Shown piece by piece: positions 1 through 10,100 of a stretch of DNA of 64,000 nt. The notes under the pieces are model-generated. The model was given only the letters and a program-made list of their open reading frames with translations, was not told where the DNA came from and ran no database searches. Made by a program: the position numbers and the translations under genes. The stretch is taken from IMG/VR virus record IMGVR_UViG_3300045988_119069; one strand, given 5' to 3'. How positions within the stretch are numbered: the first letter of the stretch is position 1; each line of letters starts with the position of its first letter. This stretch comes from a virus.

Positions 1-759
1 CGGCACCACATGCACCGAATGCCCCGACTTCTTTGCATTGTAAAGCATATCGTTGTAGCGTATAACCTTGTCGGCATATTCCTCCAACTGTTCTTGCACC
101 CACCGATAACTTTTGCCCTTGAACGGACCCGTCTCAACGGTCAGTTCCAGCTTCTCGTCCTCATGTTCGAGCCACGAACCTTTAGCGGTCAGCGAAGCAT
201 CCGACACAAAGAGTCGTCCGCGGTAAAACGGATTGTATTCCGAGAAATTGATTTCGCCCAACGGATGTGTCTGTCCGGAAAGCGAAGGCATAAACTCCTC
301 GTCAATCTTCTTTTTCGGAGCAAAGCGTCCCTCGTCCAATATTGCGTGTGAAAAAGTGTGGGAGTTTGAACTTGCCACCTGCGCCAGTGATATTGCTGCC
401 CACTGGGCACCGTTAGCCAGCCAGATGATGTTGTCATAGTTTTTCGGCTTGAAGATGCTCGGTCGGGCATGACGTGGCGGTCGTCCCCAGCCCATGTGGA
501 TGCCGAGCACGAAGCCGAACATACGTTCCATAGCCGCCATTGTGCCAGGAATGGTTTTCGAGAAAGCCTGCTGTCGGGAAATGGCGAGCCATGCGCCCAG
601 CATACCCGGCATGCTGTTGCTGACAGCCCAGACGCGCGGTGCCACAAGACCGTCGGTCTTACCCGTGCGTCGTCCTGCAATCACAGTTTCGTCTTTCGCT
701 CCGATATGGAGCATCCGCTGCTGAAAGCGAGTCAGATAGATTTGGTGAGGTTGCTGCAT
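1..759 (-). CDS. terL: terminase large subunit, N-terminal ATPase part (3' end runs off the window start)
   Basis: Absent from the ORF track because there is no in-window stop. Manual translation from the ATG (rc of 757-759) gives MQQPHQIYLTRFQQRMLHIGAKDETVIAGRRTGKTDGLVAPRVW..., open to base 1. It has a Walker A-like GRRTGKT and a Walker B-like ILDEGRF. Confidence 0.7.
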   Translation of the reverse strand, partial: MQQPHQIYLTRFQQRMLHIGAKDETVIAGRRTGKTDGLVAPRVWAVSNSMPGMLGAWLAISRQQAFSKTIPGTMAAMERMFGFVLGIHMGWGRPPRHARPSIFKPKNYDNIIWLANGAQWAAISLAQVASSNSHTFSHAILDEGRFAPKKKIDEEFMPSLSGQTHPLGEINFSEYNPFYRGRLFVSDASLTAKGSWLEHEDEKLELTVETGPFKGKSYRWVQEQLEEYADKVIRYNDMLYNAKKSGHSVHVVP

Positions 760-788
760 ATTGTTATCCTGATTTTGTGTTGTTCAAA

Positions 789-924
789 CCACAGAGGACA
801 CGTTTTTTCTACTAACGGAACACACAGAAACAACAGAAAAACAAATGTGTCGTATCTTGAATATTTCTGTGAATTTCGTGCTTTCTGTTGGCTTTTACAT
901 CTGTGTTCTATGTGTCCTCTGTAG
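789..924. repeat. interrupted intergenic palindrome (family member H1)
   Basis: Outer arms CCACAGAGGACAC ... GTGTCCTCTGT, with inner matched blocks AACACAGA and AACAGAAA separated by unmatched spacers. It lies between the terL start and the upstream gene. Confidence 0.6.
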
Positions 925-1159
925 TTTTATTTTTTTCGTTGGCGATATGTCCCACGTGCCATTTACTGCAGGTCCTGCACCGATACACCGTATATCCCTG
1001 TGCTTTGAGCTTCGGATTCTCTTGCAAGAACTCCCAAGCATCATCCTCCGTCTCGTAGGCCTCCTTCGCCTTCCATGAGCGTTGCTTGCGAGTGTAGTGC
1101 TCAGGGTCCGGCTTGAACGGCGGAATCTTGTTGAAATATTTGTGTCGTTTGTTGCTCAT
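908..1159 (-). CDS. hypothetical small protein, possible zinc-ribbon (CRTC..H)
   Basis: 83-aa ORF with an A/C-rich leader upstream (rc AAAACAACACAAAAACAATACATG). Ends in TAG. Confidence 0.45.
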   Translation of the reverse strand: MSNKRHKYFNKIPPFKPDPEHYTRKQRSWKAKEAYETEDDAWEFLQENPKLKAQGYTVYRCRTCSKWHVGHIANEKNKTTEDT

Positions 1160-1210
1160 GTATTGTTTTTGTGTTGTTTTGTTTTGTTTTCTCTGTTGTT
1201 CTGACTCCCC

Positions 1211-1810
1211 TCAGTTAAACCATTTCACAGTCGTCTCGCCCTTATATCCTTTCTCCCATACAAACCAGGCGTAAGCCGCAGCGCTGCTTCCGCACTTGTC
1301 GAAGTCTCCATTCATAGCGCATTTCAGTCGCGACGAACTTACCCAAACGCGAATGGGGGGGGAAGAACGGAAGAGAGCGCGTCGGGCCTTGCCTTCGAGG
1401 AAAGTCAGCTTCAGAAACATCGCCACCTTCTTTCCTTTGGGAATGATGTTCAGAGCCTTCTCCACAAACTGCTGCGCGAATTTGTAGGGAGGATTGGTAA
1501 CGATGTCTCCGTCCCACGCCAAATTATCAATAGCGAGGAAGTCAGCCACCTCGCCGTAGCCTCTATCCACAAGGTCGCGGCTCACCACCTCATACCCTGC
1601 TGCCTTCAGCACCTCGCTCATGTGACCCTCGCCACACGACGGCTCAAGAATCCTTCTCTCAAATTGTTCCAGCTTGCACAGCCATTCCGTCGCCTTCGGT
1701 TCTGTGGCATAGTAATCCTCCCGCTGCCTATCCGCATCCGTATGGTTGCTTGCGCCCAATGTCTTGAACACAGCAGCCGAGCCACCTACCCAGTCCTTAG
1801 CCATTGTCAT
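1211..1810 (-). CDS. N6-adenine DNA methyltransferase (NPPY class)
   Basis: Motif I-like EPSCGEG and motif IV TNPPY in the 199-aa product. Confidence 0.8.
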   Translation of the reverse strand: MTMAKDWVGGSAAVFKTLGASNHTDADRQREDYYATEPKATEWLCKLEQFERRILEPSCGEGHMSEVLKAAGYEVVSRDLVDRGYGEVADFLAIDNLAWDGDIVTNPPYKFAQQFVEKALNIIPKGKKVAMFLKLTFLEGKARRALFRSSPPIRVWVSSSRLKCAMNGDFDKCGSSAAAYAWFVWEKGYKGETTVKWFN

Positions 1811-1846
1811 CCTCCTTTCCGCATTTAATTGAATAGTTCATGTCTT

Positions 1847-2176
1847 TTACATTTTGAATTGTCGTTTCAAGAAAGAATTACTCTTTATGAGATCTATTAT
1901 TTCCTTCTCTGAGTGTAAACCCTCCCAAAATACTTCAGTATGTGAATAACTTCTTTCATCATCAACAGAGAACGGCACGGCATAGTTGGTATATACAACG
2001 CCGTGATGTTTTATCAAGTGGCGACCCGGATTTTTGTAGATGTTATCAATCCACTTTTCGTTGTCACATTCAGTCCATATTTTGTATTCTTCATGGGTAA
2101 GGCCCTTGTCGATACCCATAGGATAGTGCCCAGCCTTGCCGTTGCCTTCAGTCCCGAAATAAATTATCTTTGCCAT
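1847..2176 (-). CDS. hypothetical protein
   Basis: 109-aa ORF in the same operon orientation, with an A/C-rich leader. Confidence 0.5.
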   Translation of the reverse strand: MAKIIYFGTEGNGKAGHYPMGIDKGLTHEEYKIWTECDNEKWIDNIYKNPGRHLIKHHGVVYTNYAVPFSVDDERSYSHTEVFWEGLHSEKEIIDLIKSNSFLKRQFKM

Positions 2177-2197
2177 ATCGTGATTGTTTTGTGTTGT

Positions 2198-3049
2198 TTA
2201 TAATGTCAAGTCAATACCAAATTCTCTTTCCAAGAACTCCTTCCAGTCCGGTTTCCCGAACAGCGAAACGTTAGCCTTCTGCCAATCCTTTTCGCGAGGG
2301 AAGAACACATCACGCGCAAACCATTCGTACACGTTGTCGTAGCGTTGACGGACTTTTGCGTCGGGATGATTGTTCCAAAAGCGTTGCCCGGCACGTAGGT
2401 AGGCTCGTGCCATACGCGGATAATCCTTGAAGTAGAGGATGCGCTTGCGTTCTGTGGCGAGAGGGCAGCACATACAGCCGAGGCGTTTCGACACGTCGAT
2501 TTGCCCCCGACTGGTATAATAGACTGGAGCGAGTGTCAGATGCCGATCTTCGACGAAAGCCAACACATCATTGTCCGTCCAATCGAGAATAGGATAAATG
2601 GCTTCCACATGATTGGCTTCCGTCTTACGACCGTAAAAACGGCATTCCGTAGGTTCGTTCTATCGCTCGTTGCGTTTCGAGCTCTCCGACTTCCTTACGC
2701 CCATGATGCACTTATCCATAACCTTATACTCCTTCAACTTCTCGCAACAGAATCTCGAGAAACGGTTAGGAAATCCCTTTTTCGCTACAATCTGAAAGAA
2801 CGTTTCTTTTGGTCGGAGTATTTCGGCACCCATACGCTCCACATGGGCAATCGTCCCTGGAGGGTCAATCGTAGTGTTGCGGTAGATGGCACGGAAGCGG
2901 ATTCCTGCCTCCTTAGCCAGTTGCAGAATCACGTCCGAGTCTTTGCCACCCGAATACGCCACCTCTATCTCACCGTCGTACCCATGCTGTATGCCTTGAA
3001 GCAGACGGATGGCACGGTCAATTTTCTTTTGTAAATCCTCTGTTACCAT
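2198..3049 (-). CDS. PAPS reductase / PP-loop ATPase family protein interrupted by one in-frame TAG (2660-2662)
   Basis: The N-terminal ORF has the PP-loop YSGGKDS and FCCEKLK. The C-terminal ORF has IYPILDWTDNDVLAFV. Both are in the same frame, separated only by TAG: ...SKRNER*NEPTECRFYGRKTEANHVEAIYPILDW. Confidence 0.7.
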
Positions 3050-3122
3050 ATCGTTGCTATATTGTTTTTGTTTATGAAGTTTATGTTATGCCTATTACTT
3101 CGCTAAGGTTATTCCTGTCACC

Positions 3123-4142
3123 TTATATTCCGTACTCCTTCAGATACCCCTCACACTTGAATCCCTTTCTTGGCATGAAGTCCTTAAAGTCGGTGGTGCA
3201 GAATATCATTCGCTTGTTGCACCATCGGGCCATATCCTTTTGCCATTCGGGGATGACGTGATTTGGATTTGTAGGGTTGCGGTATGGTTGTGCGTAGGCA
3301 TACACGGCTCTGCCTTCATGGTTTTTGCGGAAGCGTTGCAGTCGCTCCCACCAGTAGTGTAGACGGTGGTAACATTCTCGGAAGTTGTTCTTTCCGCCTA
3401 TCATGGTATAGAGAAAGTATTCGCCACGGAATCCTGCATCATTGATTAGCTTCATGGCTCGTTCACATTCCGCTATCTGTGCCGTGGTGTCGCAACCGAA
3501 GCGGATGCGAGAGTCTATCCATTTCACTTTGCCCAACAGTTCTGCATATTCGGTAGTGACAAGCCGTGCGTCCATCGCCTGATTGAAGTCGATATGATAC
3601 CCTCCCCGAATGATTTTTTCCAACTGTTCTTTTGCATAGTCGCCAGCTGCAAGGATGTTGTTATCCATTAACACAACGTGCGTTCTGCCCCCGATGGCTA
3701 TCTCTTCTATATCCATGTACGGACGGATGAACCCTTCCTTCTTTGGCACCACACACCAAAAACACTTGTTGGGACAGCCCTCGGTCAGTTTGCCGTAAGC
3801 ATGGTTCTTTGGCACCCATGGGAACAACTCGTATAGCGGTTGCAGTCGGTCTATCTCGTCGGGAAGACGCTTATAGATGTCGTAGCCAGTGCCACCCTTC
3901 TCCAGTCGGTCGTAGGAGAACTGCCGAAAGTCGATGTCGGGCGAAAAGTTGAAAACCTTGCTGGCATACAGTATATCGTAATGATGCCTGTCGAAAAGGT
4001 CGGTAGGTTGTGCCCATTCCACTTCATCGCCCCTTGTCGTGTACCAACGGGCAATCTTGCCGAGAGCCACGTTAGGGTATATCGTAGCTCCCCGTTTCTT
4101 TTTGCCGTGTCGTCCGTCCACGTCTATGAGTCCTATTTTCAT
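3123..4142 (-). CDS. radical SAM domain protein
   Basis: CX3CX2C cluster CPNKCFWC after an N-terminal MKIGLIDVDG Rossmann-like segment. 339 aa. Confidence 0.75.
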   Translation of the reverse strand: MKIGLIDVDGRHGKKKRGATIYPNVALGKIARWYTTRGDEVEWAQPTDLFDRHHYDILYASKVFNFSPDIDFRQFSYDRLEKGGTGYDIYKRLPDEIDRLQPLYELFPWVPKNHAYGKLTEGCPNKCFWCVVPKKEGFIRPYMDIEEIAIGGRTHVVLMDNNILAAGDYAKEQLEKIIRGGYHIDFNQAMDARLVTTEYAELLGKVKWIDSRIRFGCDTTAQIAECERAMKLINDAGFRGEYFLYTMIGGKNNFRECYHRLHYWWERLQRFRKNHEGRAVYAYAQPYRNPTNPNHVIPEWQKDMARWCNKRMIFCTTDFKDFMPRKGFKCEGYLKEYGI

Positions 4143-4163
4143 CTCTATTCCTTATGTTTCCGT

Positions 4164-4970
4164 TTATTCCGCGTCATCCGTTGGCTCGGAATTATTTGTC
4201 AATTTGCTTTCTTTCATGTACCCGTGTCTAATCACATCCTCCTCGTCCTTCTCCTCCATATACTCGAAGTAGTCCGGCTCTTCCGGCTTCTCCCCACTCA
4301 GCAGTTCCTCGTCTTCTATCTCCTGCAGGTCCTTGGTAGTAAGACCATACTTGCGAGCCATGCGTAGCTTCTCCTCCTCGGTGTAGTTGATGCGGTCGCG
4401 CTTCACGATGCTCACGTCCTGCGTGATGGCAATGTGGCTCATGTCCGGCATCTCGTCCGTAGCATCGCGCTCCTCCTGGAAGTTGCCATACACATTAGCT
4501 AAGGCTTCCATGCCCTTCGCCACAGCACGGTCGTTGTTCTGTTGCTTGCCTGTGCGGATAAGCCATTCTGCCGAGCTGAGGAACATGGCTTTATGACGCG
4601 GACTGTCATCCGTCTGGAAGAAACTTATAAGATGGTTGCATACTGTCACGTCGTTGTTAATTTCCGTGACAGTACGCGGACGGATATTCCCCTCGTCGTC
4701 GAGCGAAATCTTCAGAGCAAGCATTAATGCCTGAGCCTCTTCGTTGCCTTGGGCGGCTTGATTGAAGAATATCTCATAGTCACGCCGGGCAATATTGCGG
4801 CACACGGTGTGAGGGTCAATATCCTTGTTATGCTCCCACCGTTTGTAAAATTCAAAGCACACCTGCATACGGTAGCGTTGCTCCAGCTTGGGAAACGCCT
4901 TCTCAATGGATGTGCCGTAGCTCAACCACTTGTCTATACGGGCGAGCGTGTTTTGCGTAAGTCCTGACAT
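4164..4970 (-). CDS. hypothetical protein with an acidic C-terminus (first gene of the leftward operon)
   Basis: 268-aa ORF. A role as small terminase subunit is possible from position only and is not supported by motifs. Confidence 0.5.
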   Translation of the reverse strand: MSGLTQNTLARIDKWLSYGTSIEKAFPKLEQRYRMQVCFEFYKRWEHNKDIDPHTVCRNIARRDYEIFFNQAAQGNEEAQALMLALKISLDDEGNIRPRTVTEINNDVTVCNHLISFFQTDDSPRHKAMFLSSAEWLIRTGKQQNNDRAVAKGMEALANVYGNFQEERDATDEMPDMSHIAITQDVSIVKRDRINYTEEEKLRMARKYGLTTKDLQEIEDEELLSGEKPEEPDYFEYMEEKDEEDVIRHGYMKESKLTNNSEPTDDAE

Positions 4971-5010
4971 ATCATCATCGTTTTATGTTGTCTCAGACGA
5001 ACTTCAGTTA

Positions 5011-5096
5011 TCATCGAATGAATCGAACTGTTGCTCGTGGTTTTTTTTGAACAACGAATTTCACGAATTGTTTGCTTCATTCGTTTCATTCGATGA
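5011..5096. repeat. interrupted intergenic palindrome (H2) in the divergent control region
   Basis: Arms TCATCGAATGAATCGAA ... TTCATTCGTTTCATTCGATGA. Built from CGAAT/ATTCG words. Confidence 0.6.
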
Positions 5097-5329
5097 CTCT
5101 TCTTATCCGTCCCCAACGTTTCTATATTCGTGTAATTAGTTATTACCGCATCTGAGCGTGTTTTATCTTTTGTTGTTATCTCGCTTGTAAAGTTACGATA
5201 TTCCTCCTCCCCCATACGGACATCCTCAACCTCCCCGTACCCCACCCTGTCCGCTGTGAGTAGCAGCTTATAGCTATCTTTGTTGCATAAAATTCAGGAC
5301 AACAACAACACAAAAACACAACACAAAAC

Positions 5330-5854
5330 ATGAACAATCCATTCTATGTCTCGCGAGCCATTGCCGCAGTGCTCGGCTTGCTGTGGGTTCACATAGAACC
5401 CTCTATTGATTTTATCACCGTGTGCTTCTTCGCCCTCATCATCGACTGCTATACGGCTTGGCGTTGCAACCGTCGTATCTACCAACGATACCGCGAGGAG
5501 ATAAAGCGCAACCCGAAGTGTAAGATGGACGGTAAGCTGCGCTCCAAGAAGATGGCAAAGATGGTGTGGACCTTCTCCGTGCTTATCATGTGCATCTGCC
5601 TTGCCTCGTATCTTGACCGCAACATTCTCGGCTACATGAACACTCACCTCGCCAACCAGCTCACGGCCATGTACTGCCTGGTGCAGTTCGTCTCTATTCT
5701 CGAAAACGAGAGCACCTGCAACGGAGCGGCTTGGGCAAGAGTGCTGCAAAAGATTGTGGCAGACAAGACCGAGCGACACTTCAACGTGAAGCTGAAGGAG
5801 CTGATGAAGGACAAGGAGGAAGCGGAGGAAGCCGCTGACACCACGAAAGAATAA
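5330..5854 (+). CDS. holin-like membrane protein (Phage_holin_4_1-like)
   Basis: Several hydrophobic helices, an IDCYTAW segment, a basic loop and the VSILENES motif typical of the LL-H/TcdE-type holin family (from memory). Confidence 0.55.
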   Translation: MNNPFYVSRAIAAVLGLLWVHIEPSIDFITVCFFALIIDCYTAWRCNRRIYQRYREEIKRNPKCKMDGKLRSKKMAKMVWTFSVLIMCICLASYLDRNILGYMNTHLANQLTAMYCLVQFVSILENESTCNGAAWARVLQKIVADKTERHFNVKLKELMKDKEEAEEAADTTKE

Positions 5855-5876
5855 CTATCCGCGGATGATGTTTTAT

Positions 5877-5939
5877 GCCAACGGATAACACGAAGGACAC
5901 GAATACGAAAAATCCGTGATATTCGTACTATCCGTTGGC
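5877..5939. repeat. interrupted intergenic palindrome (H3)
   Basis: GCCAACGGATAACACGAAGGACACG ... CGTGATATTCGTACTATCCGTTGGC. Paired blocks are separated by 2-3 nt mismatched spacers. Confidence 0.6.
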
Positions 5940-5959
5940 AACAAAAAACAAGCAGTACT

Positions 5960-6550
5960 ATGACAATAAGCAATATTCTTGAGCATTGGGCTTCCATCTA
6001 CAAGCCCCTATCTCACAAACCTGAAAGCGAACGCTTGGAAGACCAGAGCTTCTTCCGCATCCGCTGCATCGACCTTGAGAACATTTTTTCCAGAAACGCC
6101 AACATCGTTCACTCGCCGTGTATGCTATACAGCATCATTACCACTGGTGAACTCGTTGACGCAAAGAAGGCATCTGTCTCTCAGCAGGTGTGGTTTCTCG
6201 CTAAAGTAAAAGACACACCGCAGACCCTTGGCCGTTACGACGGTCGCAAGATGGAACAGACAGCCGAAAGTCTGAAGGACTATTGTAAAGACCTCGTGTC
6301 GTGGCTTCTTGAGGTGAAGCGCACAGGCCGCTGTCCCGTCACAAAGCGCAGCTTTGCCGATGATGCCGTAGTGATGGCAGAGCTGCAAAGCATCGACACC
6401 AGTTCTATCTCCTTCGGCATGGTGGGCGACATCTATGCCGGACAATGGCTCGTGGTGGGCATGGACTGGAAGAGCCTGCAGCCGCTCTACAACTTCGCGT
6501 GTGGCAGCAACGGAAAGTATATCGTGCCGAAAGAGGACTTAAAAGGATAG
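5960..6550 (+). CDS. hypothetical protein upstream of the tape measure gene
   Basis: 196-aa ORF. Ends in TAG. Confidence 0.5.
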   Translation: MTISNILEHWASIYKPLSHKPESERLEDQSFFRIRCIDLENIFSRNANIVHSPCMLYSIITTGELVDAKKASVSQQVWFLAKVKDTPQTLGRYDGRKMEQTAESLKDYCKDLVSWLLEVKRTGRCPVTKRSFADDAVVMAELQSIDTSSISFGMVGDIYAGQWLVVGMDWKSLQPLYNFACGSNGKYIVPKEDLKG

Positions 6551-6561
6551 GAGGGTAGGGC

Positions 6562-7122
6562 ATGGCACGTTTCATTTCTCCCGTACAAAAGCCTTTTGCA
6601 CCTCTGTCGCGGGTAGCTCCGCTGTATCTCGACCAGACTCTTATGGACCTTGAGAAGAATATGCAAGCACAGCGTATTTATCCAACTGAGGTTTATAAGG
6701 GCTATGAGGAAATCAATCAATACCGCAAGAAGCATGGAATGTGGTGGTCTACCGGAGAGGGCGCAAAGTCGTTTGAAGGACACATCTATCAAGCCGACGA
6801 CCAAAAAGGATTGCTCACGGTAGGTATTCGCTATAACGACTATTTGCGATATGTTGACCTTGGTGTAGGCTTGACGGGCAAAATATATGTTCATGCGGAA
6901 GACGTAGACCGAGCACGTCCGGCAAAGAACGCCAAACGATACATTCGTGGCAAGTGGGACCGCAAACAAGGTAAATCACACCGTCCTGCCATCATGCGAA
7001 CCATACGCAGATTGCGCGACCGCTATCGCAATTATCTTGCTGACTTCTACGGTTATCAAGGTGGCATTGAAATTATCTATGCACTGGAAGGACTTGGCGA
7101 ATACGCTAAATCTACATTCTAA
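6562..7122 (+). CDS. hypothetical protein upstream of the tape measure gene
   Basis: 186-aa ORF with a basic C-terminal half. Confidence 0.5.
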   Translation: MARFISPVQKPFAPLSRVAPLYLDQTLMDLEKNMQAQRIYPTEVYKGYEEINQYRKKHGMWWSTGEGAKSFEGHIYQADDQKGLLTVGIRYNDYLRYVDLGVGLTGKIYVHAEDVDRARPAKNAKRYIRGKWDRKQGKSHRPAIMRTIRRLRDRYRNYLADFYGYQGGIEIIYALEGLGEYAKSTF

Positions 7123-7146
7123 CTTTAATTCAACACAAAAACTATT

Positions 7147-10100
7147 ATGGCAAATTTAAAGACCGAAATAATCCTCTCTATGAATGGCAAGGCGGCTATC
7201 CAGGTGCTTGAAGCTCTGCGTGATAAAGCCAAGGCCGTAAGAGAGGAAATAGACAATCTTGATAAGAACGCTCCCGACTTTAAGGAGCAGAAAGCCGGAC
7301 TGGAGAAAGTGTATGATGCCTTGCAGTCGGCACACGAGAATGTTATTAAGGACACGGAACGACTGGACCATGCCCTTCAAAATCTTACGTCCACCTCACT
7401 TCAGAATCTTCGCAAGGCTTTGGGCGACGGTCGCCGTCAGTTGCAGAAGCTATCGGAAGACGAACTGGAACAAGCCGATGAACTAAGAAAGAAGATGAAG
7501 CAGATAGGCGATGAGGTCCGTCTGCTTGAGGGTCAGTATGTCAAGATAGCCGATGGTTTAAAGAATGTCTCCAATCAGTCAGACCAATGGCTCGACAAGG
7601 CTATCAAGCAACAGCGCGACCTCGTAGGGTCTTTGGAAAAATCGGATGCGTCGTATCAGCAGAATCTTGCTACATTGAAGCAACTTGAAGCCGAGGAGGA
7701 CAGACGCAAAGGCAAGATGAACGTGGCAGAGGCACGTCAAACGGTAAGTGATGACAATGCCTCTGCTTCGGATTTGCGTCGTGCAAAAGCAACACTTACG
7801 GAAGCTCGTGACAAGACAGCCATCGGCAAGACTGGAGAGATCGATTCTTACAACCGTGACCTCCAAGAGATAGAGAAGCGACTGGAGGCTGTGTCGGGTA
7901 AGGCGCAGAAGGTGGCAATGAGTTGGAACGAGGCAAAACAGGTGTTAGCTGCGCCAAACAAGGCTACTGGCGAGGACATCAAGCGCACGATGGAAGTGAT
8001 ACAGCAGAAGATACAGCAACTCCCTGCTGGTAGCAAGTTTGTGGCCGACCTCCGTCGCCAATACTCCATGCTCGAACAGACCCTCAAGGGCACCCGTATG
8101 TCGCAGAGTGCTCTCAACGACATTCTCGCCCGTAGCAAGAAGGGTAAAGCCTCCCTCGATGAACTGCGCCGTGCCTACAAACAGCTCGAAGATGAACTGA
8201 ACCAAATCAACATCAAGAGCAAGGAGTTTGCCGACAAGCAGAAGTCGATGAAGGAGCTGAAGAAGAACATCGACGAGGTGACGGGCGCAGCCAATAAGCA
8301 GGGTGGGGCATGGCATACAGCGATGAAGAACCTCACGGCATACGTCGGATTGTTTGCGATATTCAATCATGTAAAAGACCTCGTTGCGGGTGCCATCAAG
8401 AAAAACTTTGAGTATTCGGGTTCGTTGACTGACATCCGTAAAGTCAGCGGTCTAACGATGGAGCAGGTAAAACAACTCTCCACCGAACTGGCTAAAATAG
8501 ACACCAGAACAAGCGTAGATGGGCTTGCACAGCTCGCGTATGAGGCATCTAAGCTCGGCGTAGGAAAGTACGGAGTTGAAGGTATGGCCCAATTTGTAAG
8601 AGCCGCCGATAAAATTAACGTAGCAATCGGCGAGGAAATGGGTGAAAAGGCCCTCCCATCATTACTGAAGATGACGGAAGTGATGGGTCTTATCCCGAAG
8701 ATGGGACTCGAGAAATCCATTGAAGCTGTAGGATCTTCCATGTTTAAGTTGGCTTCTACATCTACTGCCACGAGCAGTGACATTACTGAGTTTGCAAAGC
8801 GATGTACGGGTGTGGCACGAACCGCCGGTATAACAACCGACCAGTTGCTCGCCCTTGGTAGTGCGTTCAGTGCGCAGATGGCTTCGCCCGAAGTTGCAGC
8901 CACCGCTATGTCTAAGTTTATTGTGGCGTTGCAGAAGAACCATAACTTGATAGAAAAAGACCTTGCTATCCCTGCCGGAACCATCAACAGTATGTATCAG
9001 GCAGGTAACGCTATGGATGCTATTGTCCTTATTCTTGAGAAGATGAAGGAGAAGGGCAACATGAACGCCCTTGGCGAAATCTTCAAGGATGTAGGTGGCG
9101 ACGGTCAGCGTCTTATTTCTTCCATGGTTACTATGGCTAAGAACGTGGATATGCTGAAAGACCATCTTTACGAGTCGCAGGAAGCCTTTGAGGAAGCCAC
9201 TGCCGTAGGTAAGGAATACTCGATGCAGCAACAGTCGGCCATCGGCATACTCGAAAGAGCCAATAACCTTTGGGAAAAGGCGTTTGTCAATCCCGACGGT
9301 GTGGATGCAGTAAAGAGTCTGGCAGAATTTTGGTATGAAATGTCGGCAACGATGACAAACAGCCCGTTGTTGAAAGGTACGTTGCAGATTGCTTTACAGA
9401 TGGTTCTTATTTCGCTAAAAGGTCTCGCTACATTTCTTCCAGTGATTATTGGATATATGGCATCGCAAGGTGTATATTCTGGCCTGAGACTTCTGTGGCA
9501 ATATGTAGTAGCACTCGGTATGGCTGGAAAGGCCATGTTCCAATATGTAAGAGCTCTTTTCACGGCTAACGCAGCACAAAGCACGTTAAACAAGACAATG
9601 AAGCTGAATCCGTGGATAGCTCTCGCGAGTGTCATTATCGGCGTAGCTGGAGCTATATATGGTTATACGCAGCGAGCAAAGGAAGCGGCTGAAGCAGCAA
9701 AAGAAGCGCAGCGTCAGGCAAACGCATGGCGTGAAACTCTCGGACAAGCCGCTGTAGAGACCAGCAATCTAAATAAAAAGCTCGCAAATTACAAGCGGAT
9801 GATGAGTGAGGCAAACCTCTCACAAAAGGAACGCCAGGGACTCATATCGCGCTTTAATAGGGAATTTCGTTCTTATATCAACAAACTTGGTATTGAGATT
9901 AAGAGCGTAAAGGATTTGCGCGATCATTATTCAGAACTGGCACAGGAGGCTCAGAGATCTACTTATTATCGTATGCGTGAACAGGCAAAGCAACAAGCAT
10001 TGCCTAAGTTGGATTCCAACCGAAATGCCGCTTCCAACGCATTGATGGCTCATGTAGAGAAGTTAGGACTGACAAAACTCGGTGTCACATTCCAGGACAT

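Noticed and set aside
189-924. Track ORFs 189..680 (-), 233..439 (+), 469..924 (+) and 494..724 (+).
   Set aside because: They are off-frame shadows of the terL reading frame. That frame is open from 759 to base 1 on the minus strand and carries Walker motifs, while the products of these ORFs are low-complexity and Arg/Cys-rich.
6527-6564. A canonical tail-chaperone -1 frameshift between the two genes upstream of the tape measure gene.
   Set aside because: The second ORF is in the -1 frame, but I find no X_XXY_YYZ slippery heptamer near the end of the first ORF. The -1 frame also has a TAG two codons before the ATG, so the evidence is insufficient.
8367-9635. Long antisense and off-frame ORFs inside the tape measure gene (for example 8367..8987 -, 8662..9231 -, 9168..9635 -).
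   Set aside because: They lie entirely within a 2029-aa ORF that has clear tape-measure features. Their products are compositionally odd, which is typical of shadow ORFs.
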